The notes under the pieces are model-generated. The model saw only the letters and a list, made by a program, of their open reading frames with translations. It did no database searches and was not told the DNA's origin. From Lama glama (Eukaryota), in NCBI GenBank assembly GCA_028534125.1, contig CM052816.1, positions 84,260,001 through 84,324,000 on the forward strand: a stretch of 64,000 nt of DNA, read 5' to 3'. Below are positions 54,506-64,000 of the stretch, piece by piece (the first letter of the stretch is position 1; each line of letters starts with the position of its first letter). The position numbers were made by a program, and so were the translations under genes.

Positions 54506-57500
54506 AGAACTCAAAGTGAATTTCAAAATAGCTGACTTTTACATGCTACAGGATTGTTCTAAGTGTCATGGTCAAATGAGATCCTATATTTAGAAATTCT
54601 GTAAATTTAAAAGCACTATAAAAATGTAAGATCAGTATTATCTTGAATATGGGTTCATTAGTTCCTAAAATATGCTGTGGATGCTATATGTCTTCAAGAA
54701 GTTCAAGAACAAATCTTTGCAGCATTTTTTTTTTCCTGCTCTCAGAGAACCAATACAAGCTGGATGCTAAAACTGCCCGCCTGGACTTTATAAGGAGGCA
54801 AACTTAGTTTTCATTCATTTCACATATTCTGCCCTCTTCCACCTCTGTTCCTTTACTTAAGTTGTCCTTGACATTTGGAGCAAACTAATCTCTGCATCTT
54901 TCCCATTTCACAGTCCTGTCTTCTGTAAGCACTCAGTTGAAATTTTACTTATTCAGAGAGCAGTCTCTCATTAACCCAGGCCCACAAGCCTTCTACTCAC
55001 TCATCAGAGAGAACAATCAATTCCAATTTACATGCACAGGAATCTCTGGCCAGCGGTGCTGTAGGAAACCAGTTTTGCCTTTCATGGTTTTGAGAAAACA
55101 CTAAATTATATTTTCATAACCCCAATTTCAAATCTGCAGTTTTCATACGCTTGATTCATTTTAGTCCTCTTGAAGGTTCAGAAAAAAACTAGGTATCTTT
55201 CTTCAGTCCTGGCTACCACAGGAATAGACCATAGCAAATCCTACAGGGAAAGGCCATCTGAGATCTGCTCGTTTTCTTAACACCCAGTGTGTGATCAGGT
55301 CTGTGCCCAGGATTCATTCACTTAAAATGATGATGATTCCTTTAATTTTAACGTATGTTTGTGATAACTGATAATATTACAAGGGAAAGTGTAAGTGCCG
55401 AAAGCATGCTGTCCCAAGTCAGTAAGACCAAAACCACCTCATTCAATGCACATCAAAGCAAAGACAGAGAAATCATCGTAAAAATCATGATACTGAAGCT
55501 CTGAGGTCATCAAGGATGTTTCTGAAGCAAGGACAATCTAAGAATTTTATTTAATTTTGCAGTTTTCTGTGTGTGTAAATTGTGTGAAATGGCCTCATTA
55601 TTTAATTTATTAATTTGTCTGCTTGCTTACTTGTTCCCACATGCATTATCATGTGAGACACTTTGAGTTACTTTTCTGTCTCAGTGGAATAGCTGGTAGC
55701 TATTAATAGACTGTAGAAAAGAACTATTAAACAACTCAAGTTTCATCATGAAAGTTTTGTACATATATATGTAAAATATGGAATGATATGTAAAATATCA
55801 TTCATCAGAAGTATTAAAGTGGCATAAAATACTACTGGTGACAATCCACATTTTTTACTTAGTATGCAAAGCAACCCTAGGAAATGGTTCCACTAGCTTT
55901 CAATTTGCTGCAAAATTACTTCAATCAAAAGGAACAGTGTCTTGATTTTAATTGACTTTATATTAAATCAAAGTACTATGTTATCCATAGTCCAAGTACT
56001 AAAAATAAAACATACTCCGATACACTAAATAGTCAAGACCATCAGATATTTTTATTTCTAACTGCAGATGATAAAATTGATACTGATGCGCTTGCTCTGT
56101 GCAGTTCTTTCACAGTGGTAGCTTTGAAAGCATTATGTATGTTAAAAAAAAAATGATAAACTATGTGGAAGGGATAAAACAAAACAAATCCTTTGGTTCT
56201 CATTAATGCAATTTCCATTGAGATTTCATTCACCAGTTTTTGAAGTGAGTTTTGAATTGAGATTGATTTGAAAGTACTTTTTATACATTTTCTTCCATCT
56301 AGGCCTTTGGGCAATAATGAAATTGTGAGCCATGCACTGAGAATAATCCCCGTGGGTATTAGTGTGCCAGCTGGGAGTACATAATAGCATCCAAAAGCCA
56401 AATTACAAATCTGTATTCTCAGATCTTACAGTACAGAATTCATATAAAGTACATTCCTTGGAGAGTTAAGTTTCCTTACGCATAGTAGTGAAATGTGCAT
56501 ATATGGGACCCTAATTATCAGAGTCTTCTGTCATGATTTTGAGCTGAAGGCTTTCTGTAATATTGGAGAAATATATCTACTGCTGATCACATGGGTTTTG
56601 CCTTAATCTTTTCAAGGAAAAAAAAATGCAAACCAGTAGTCAGATGCTAAGCAATATTCTAATAATCTAGCTCCATCCAAATTATACTGAATGGAAATAA
56701 GAGTGTATACAAAGATGACCGGAAAAGAGAAGAAAAATAAAACTAAATAAATGTTTATATTCAGCTTTAGCATTTTATTCTAGAAATAGATTAAAAAATA
56801 TGAAAATGGGTTAATTTATTAAATACTAGTAATATACTTTTTACAGTTGTCTTACTAATAAAACAATAGTTTCCTATAAAATCTAAATTTATTCTACCTG
56901 TAAGTATTAATATACAATAAAATAATATGTAAATCTACGTTATTTATGTACAAGTATATGAAATCCTCTAATAAATATAACTAATATGCATTCTGAAATA
57001 TGCATAAAATAACAATCAATGTCTAGCGTTTTTATCCCTAAGATTCCAAATGTAAAATTATAAATGTTATTCACTACACTGAAAGATCATAGAGGAAAAT
57101 TATAAATATTATTTTTTCAACTCATAGAAAAATTATTAAATCAAACTTAACAAAATTTAAGGATAATTTGGTGGGGTTTTTTGCAAACTAAGCATTTCTG
57201 GAATAGTCTTTAGCCAAATAAAGATCGTTTAATAAGTCTACATACTATGGAAGGTATCATTTTGAATTCACTGGGCATTCTAGAGAATTTTTTTAAGTAT
57301 GTATAAAGTTTGAAATTAAAAAGACAAATATTACTAGTTGCTGAGGAAACCCTGGTCTACATACAATGCCTTTGATAACTTATTTGTCATTAGAATCAGT
57401 ATAAAAGCTCAACAATGTGACTGAATAAAAAAATAAGATACATGTGATTCGTGATAGCTACTTGGCAATTAATTGAAAATGGATTTGAAGCTGTAGTTGG

Positions 57501-57939
57501 CGCGTTAATTGGTGGAAACTCTGTCAAAGACGCTTGCAAATTGCTGCAGATGCCTAGTGACACCAGGAAACCCACAGCTTTGAAGATTTAAGGTAAAGCC
57601 TCCAGTATCTGTGTCCTTAACTTGCAGCTGCAGCTTTTCTTACTTTCTTTGATACTTTCCCAAACTCCACTCCCTTAAAGTTGTCCAACTTTCATGTAAA
57701 TCCTAGTAGACATAAAAAATCATTATTTTTAGACCAAGCCCAAATGCATATAGTATCTAATAAATAAATTGTAAAAAAAATAAACTGGACATAACAATGT
57801 GCTATCCATATTTTAAAAGATAGATTCTTCCATAACATGTCATAAGCAAAAACTCCAAATCAATTAAATTCTGAAATCAGAAAAATAAAAGTTATTTTAT
57901 GCCCCCAAATGCAATACATTTCTTTAAAACTTTAAAGAA

Positions 57940-58416
57940 GGATATCTTTCCTAGTGTTACTATAAGAAATTATCACAAACCTAGCGGATAAAATAATAAA
58001 AATTTATTATCTAGGTTAGAAATCTCATTGCCCTAAAATCAAAGTGTTGGCAGAGTTGCATTCTTTTCTAGATGTCTTGGGAGAATATCCTTTTTTCCTT
58101 TTTTTTTGGCCTCTACAAGCTTCCAAAGGCCACCTGCTTTCTTGCCTTATGGGTTTTTTCTTTTCTCTCTCTTTAAAGCTAAAGGCACAGCATCCTCAAA
58201 TCCCTCTCTGACTCTGATCCATCTTCTTGCCTCACTCTCATTGAGCCTAACCGGATCATCCAAGAATAATCTCCCCATTATAAACTAACCATCTAGCTTA
58301 TAAATTTAATGCCATTCGCAACCCTAATTCCTCTTGGCCAAGTAACATAATATGTTCATAGGTTCCAGGGATTTGGGTGTGAACATCTTTGGGTGTCCAT
58401 TATGCTACCTACCACA
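57940..58416 (-). mobile_element. MLT1D-like solo LTR
   Basis: aaattatcacaaac...aaaatcaaagtgttggcagag...aagaataatctcccc...ggttccagggatt...ccattatgctacctaccaca. Confidence 0.88.
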
Positions 58417-60539
58417 ATATGTAGAAAATTATTGCCTAATTTAAATAACTTGTGATTCTAATTGCCTCTCTCTCTGGAGAGACCCCTTAGAAAACTTCAG
58501 TTTTATTTGTAATTTTTTATTTATTAAAAAAAGTGGCTGTGAATAAAATGCTGCAAAATTATTATCAGTTAATTTTGGTGGTATGTTCACGGTTTGATAT
58601 TAACCTTTGAAATTTGCTGATTTTAATTATTTAAAATATGAAATAGAGCACATGTAAATAAATATGAATCCAGTGAAATAATTACTGAGAAGTTCAGGTA
58701 AAAAGAAGAAATAATCTATCTTTTTTTTAAGCATCATTATTTTAAGAGGAAAAAAAGTAAAAATGAACAGGAGAAAAAGAAAAGTATTATGAAGTATGCA
58801 TCAAAGTCAATTATTAAGGGAAAAAACCCATGTGGCAGAAAAATATATCAAATGTCAATGTTACTATAGAAGAAGTAATGATTATAGAAAATTTTGCTCA
58901 AATCAAAAGAATGGTAAAAACTATATACACATAACTTGAAGGCCAAAAAAGCAAGAATTTGATGGATTTGGGGGCACTGTGATGTATGTGGGAAACTTCT
59001 ACCTTAACTTTGAAATTTAAAGTTCCTCCTGAGATTGGGGGAGGGGTTGTATAGTGCCTGGGAAGAAAAGTTCAATTACAATCTGCAAAATTTTCCATCT
59101 CCAGCAGGAAGCTTTTGATCTGAAGGTGCCACATGCGGTTTATGTTCTGTGAAGGGCAGATCTACAAACAGAAAAGCTCCATATTAAGCCTTGGCAAATT
59201 TCACTAAGAAGGTAGGAGGCCAGAGTAACAAGTAAAATTGTTACTATAAGAAGAGTATAAGTTTATGTCTCTTTGTACCAGTGAAAATGACCTTATTGCA
59301 AAAGAGGTAGAAATGTTAAGGTGGAGAAATATGAGGAAAATCAATTGTAAATTATTTTTGACTTACACTTTTACACATTTTGATATACTGTAGCCTTTAA
59401 AATATTCAATAAATTTATATTTATTTAAATGAAATATTATTCAGATAATTCTTTTTACAGATACATCATGGCATTTGGGCATTTTATAAGTCAGTATTTC
59501 ATGTCCATAATAATCAGAGTTTTAACTATCTCACATGACAATTATGAAAAGTTATATTGATTTTTCTGTTAAAGTTTTAAAAATGTCTCAAACCACTTAG
59601 TTAAAAAGCTACTTTTGGGGGGTGAATCGATTAGGATAACGCTGGCTGCCTGTCAAGTGTTTCATAGTTCATAGTACCCTGGTGCTCTATAAAAATTATA
59701 AATAATGATACTCCTCAAATAACAACTGTGGTAGTGAGAGCTAGCTATGCTTACATAACTATTTCTTGCAAACTACATATGACAGTTTTTCAGACTCCAA
59801 TTAACATCAGTCTCCTTGATTCTGTACATTTTTCAATGTATTAAGCATTAAGATCAACTGAAGGAATCATTGTCATGAGAATACATGTCACAGTATTTTT
59901 TAACTTCTTGTTTTACGATTATTTCATAAAAGTATTCAAAGGTAGGACAGTTTATCTTTCTATGTGCAGGGAAAATACCTGAAATGCAGGAACAAATATG
60001 AATGCTAAATCTTTAAAGCCAGAAGGAAATTTGGGGAAGCCACTGAGAGTTTTCTTCAACTGAGTTCATACTTCCATTTCTTTTTTATTCTGAATTTTGT
60101 CTTACTCTGGGCAATATCACAATTCCTAAAAAAACACACATTTTCAACCCTATTTCATGGCAGAAACTTTATTACCATCAAAGAATTGGACCACATTATT
60201 CTGCCTTTGAAGAAATAAGAAAGGAGAATTAAGATGCAAAAATCTGGTAAATTACTAACTTAAAGAAAGTCAAGAAACCATAAAAATAAAGTAAAACAAA
60301 GTAAACACAGAATTCTACCAGTAGAGGACAGTGATTAAGTCAGTGGGAGTTGTGATCCATGTTGAGGACTAAAAAGGGTGAAGAAAAATGAGAGGAATTA
60401 ATTTAGGGGACTGGATTCTCCCATATGCAGTTGCACTTTCTAGGAAGAGGCAAAGACCATTATCTTATACCGTGAGGTCAGACACCTGTGGTTCACATCA
60501 TTGTTTCCCTTCTTTGTGCTCGAATACATCATGGCAGGT

Positions 60540-62300
60540 GCCTCTCTTTCCCCAAACTCCTATTATCGTTTCCACTTGGCCCCTCTCATCTGTTCTGGAC
60601 ACAGCTGCAGGAGTGATCTTTTTTAAACTGTAATTTGGATTTTGTCACTCCTTGGCATAAAGTGATTCAAATTCATATTGCATTATAGTTGTAAATATGG
60701 ACATGCTCAAAAATAAGATCAACTTTTCAATTTATCAGCAGGAAATAAACACTAAAACCATGAGCCTGCTGCATTTCAATTCCAGGGACAGGAGAGGCAT
60801 GTGGAGCTTGATTTTCGGTGGATAAGTGGTCTGTGCATTGCAGGGAACCAAAACCAAGCTCACGACGTGAAACTAGTCACTGAAGAGGCCCTTCAGTGCC
60901 CAGGAATGAAGACTATAGCCATGTGAAATGGAGCCTGATGGCTGGGACTTTTATGGATACTGCTCCCCTGGGGTGGCGAGAGGAAAAATGGCACACATGA
61001 AACCTTGGCTTGGGCCAGGCTACTTGAGCGAATATATCTCCCTGGTTACCTGTGAACAACAGCCTCAAGTTGTAGTGCCCAGAGTTGGGGACAGGCAACT
61101 GAAGAATCATAAGCTGGAAAAAAGTTGGCACTGTTAAAAAGCCAACAATAAAACAAAACAAAACAAAAGACAATGTGGAAACCTAAACCTCTTATAATGA
61201 GCAAATGAGCTGGTAAATAAAGGTCACAAAACAACTGAGAAAAAAATGATTAAAAAAAGTCAAAAATTCATTATTTATGAAATAAAGTAACTTGCAAAGG
61301 AATTCAATAGTAGGAAATGTGAAAATGATTTTAAAATAAGTGCATGTATATTTCTTAAAGAGAAGAAAGGATAAGTAAAGTGCTTAAGGGCACATGATGA
61401 TAGAAATCAGAAAATGGTACCCAGATAAAGAGGAAAGCGAAACCTGTAAAAGAAGATAGGAAGGTATTATGACTGCCACAGGGAAGGGAGTGGTGAGACG
61501 TCCTAAATTAAATCAATTCCAGACTAGGCATAATCAAAAAAATTTGGTCAACTGGATATATTTAAAAATTCACTCAGAATATAACAAAGGGAGATATTAA
61601 GAGAGTAAAACAGCAAAGTATAGGAAGATGGCAGAGAGATTTCCAGACCCCATCAATTAATAGGTTTTCCTGAGTAAAAGCATACAATAGCAAAGAAGCA
61701 ACTGTTGAAGGGCTATTGCTGAGAATTGTCTTGGATTTAAGAATAACTCTTCTTAATTTGAAAGGGCCAATGAAGCCAAAGATAACTAACTGAAACAAAC
61801 CCATGTATCTAGATGCACACATAGAACTAGAGGGCGCTATATAATGGGGGTGGGAATCTTTGAAGATACCAAGAAACAAACAAACAAAAAAAATAAAAAA
61901 CTAACCACAATGGTCTACAAAGCCCTGGATGACTGCATCTTGGACCCAAACTCACTTGTTCTCCAGCCTTCTCTCACAGGGCTTTACCCCCCGGGGTCTC
62001 CTCTTCTGCTGCATCGGTTGTCTTCATTTTCTTGAGTAGACCAAATATTTTTGTAATCCAGTGCTTTGCTTTACTCTTCCTGTTTCTTCTGACATAATCA
62101 TTTTTATTAACATGCTTCTTATACTTGAGTTCGAACTATCCTTCAGAGCTCTGCTAAAATGTTGCTATTTCAGAAAGAACTTTGCTAAACAATCAATTCA
62201 AAGCATTTCCTCCCCCTCATACTCCTGTCCTTTCCCTCACTGTAATGAAGAGAAGTTGTACCTATTCAGTTGTATTTATATTTTTAAAAGAGAATTTTAA
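60540..62300 (+). mobile_element. L2 fragment split at ~60697-61900 by an old L1M/HAL1-like piece
   Basis: acacagctgcaggagtgatcttttttaaac...tgtcactcc resumes at ~61905 as caatggtctacaaagccctggatga. Confidence 0.65.
60698..61900 (+). mobile_element. Old L1M/HAL1-like 5' UTR and ORF1 remnant with A-rich tail
   Basis: GC-richer leader, A-rich ORF1-like body (tgctgagaattgtc...ttgaaagggccaatga...atctagatgcacacatag), ending in aaacaaacaaacaaaaaaaataaaaaa. Confidence 0.5.
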
Positions 62301-64000
62301 GGTCTAACTTGTGACTAGGTATTTTCTATAGTCTTTCCATAGCTTTCTTCTAGATGAATCTTCTCTTAACCTTGCAGGTTGACTCATGGATGAATTGTTT
62401 AAGCAGACTATTACACACATATCATCTGTCTCTACTTTGTACATTATCCATCGAATACTGAGTGCTACAGGAAGCCTTTATTATCAGGAACTGCATTTAA
62501 ATAGTCTCTCTCCTGCACATCTATATTCTCTGATCTATATCAAACTGAGACTTTTAAAGGGAAATTCTCTCATATACCCCTCCAAGCTATGTCAGTCACA
62601 TGGGTTCCTGATTTTAACCAACAGTACAGTCAGCTGATCCCATGGTGCTCAAACAAGAAACTGACTAACACGTGTTCTTTTAAGATTTCTAACTCTATCC
62701 TCAGGAAGGAAATTTGGTGGGTTGTCTTGAGTTTTGTCTTACGTAATAGAAATATGTGGCTTGCATCCTTAGGAACGAATCAGGTTCTTTTTCAAACCTT
62801 TGTTGTCTACACTCTGTTTATGCCTTGAGATTCTTTGCTCACTTATATACGTTTGCACAGTCGCGGCTGTTCCACTACTGATACCCAGGGCCTGGCTCAG
62901 TGCTGTCTGTATCCTGTCTTTCAGTCAGTAATTCTCTGCTTTGACCTAAGGATTTACCCTCCTGCTCAGATCTCAGAGAAAGGGACTTTAGCAGGAAATC
63001 TTCTTGCCCATACTTTTTATATAATTCATTATTTCTCAGCAGCTTCTATAGTTCCCTGCTGATTTTTTGGCTTCTTACAGGATGTAACTCATTTACAGAG
63101 ACGCAAGGCTCCCTAAGCTATATTCTCACATGAAACACGTTATTATCTCTGATTCAATTCTCAACTTCAGGATTTTGCAAAGGAAAGCCTTGTTTTTCCA
63201 AGAAGATTATGAACAATATCTGTGATTGTCTGTTATTTGTTAGCATATTTTCCTATTGTTCCTCTAGCTCTCTGCAACTTTACAAATCTATTTTCTTTCA
63301 TAAGGTCCTAAAGATACTTATACATGGAGCTCGTACCCTGCTCTATTACCAACTTATCAAGAATCTCCTTGGCTTCTATGCCTGGATCTAGCCAGGAACT
63401 GCAAAGCTTAGACAGTCCTCTCAGAGATGAGCTCTGACAGCTAAGTATGTACATTTTTTAATGCTAATGTGACAGATTTCAGCCTTGCAATATTGCTTCT
63501 GAAGACCAGGTCCTTGGGAATATGGAACCATGCTGCTGTAATTGAAGACTGTCACAGGATATTTCATGCTTCCATGGAAATCTCAGATCTGCAGCCAGCC
63601 TTAGCAGAACAGTTATCACTGTAACTCGGAAACTGGGGTATTGAGTAACCATTCCCTGACTTGGATTTACCTGTAGGGAGTTTCCTTTTTTATTTTTATT
63701 TTTTAATTCTCTCAGTGATAGAATTACACCGTGTTCATAGATCTTTTCCTTATTTTCTACTATCCTAATTTTCATATATGACCAGTCCTAAACTCTCTTG
63801 TTCGATTATAAATATCTTTCAACCTTTTAAATGTCTATCTCTACAATATACTCCATATAATAGACACTGTAATTTTAACAGCTTATATCTAGTATTTAGC
63901 ACACAATTGGTCCTTAAGGATGAAATTTATTGTAAGAAGAAAGATACCTTGTGATTTTTTCCTTTCACTTGACCTATAGTGTATTTGTTTTTCAATTCAT

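Noticed and set aside
1..64000. tRNA, snRNA, rRNA, mitochondrial insertions, or ERV gag/pol/env sequence
   Set aside because: None recognised by eye on either strand; the LTRs appear to be solo or partial

Overview
AT-rich mammalian non-coding DNA (gene desert or very long intron). The 3' UTR of the youngest L1 (23109-24186) resembles camelid L1 as I recall it, and I saw no ruminant or pig SINEs, so a camelid source is likely (inference). I found no protein-coding gene, RNA gene, CRISPR array or operon-like system. The ORFs I can recognise are frameshifted L1 ORF2 fragments; the rest look like chance frames. Much of the window is a layered transposon record: MIR, L2, old L1M elements, MLT1 and LTR16 LTRs, hAT elements, a cluster of solo LTRs at 43-54 kb and younger L1s. 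The most notable items are a ~500 bp GC-rich, motif-dense insert of unknown origin inside the end of an MLT1 LTR, a MER41-like LTR with tandem GAS (STAT) motifs, two neighbouring internally deleted L1s, and several repeat-free islands that may be conserved enhancers. Repeat family names come from remembered consensus sequences, not a database search, and boundaries are approximate unless stated.
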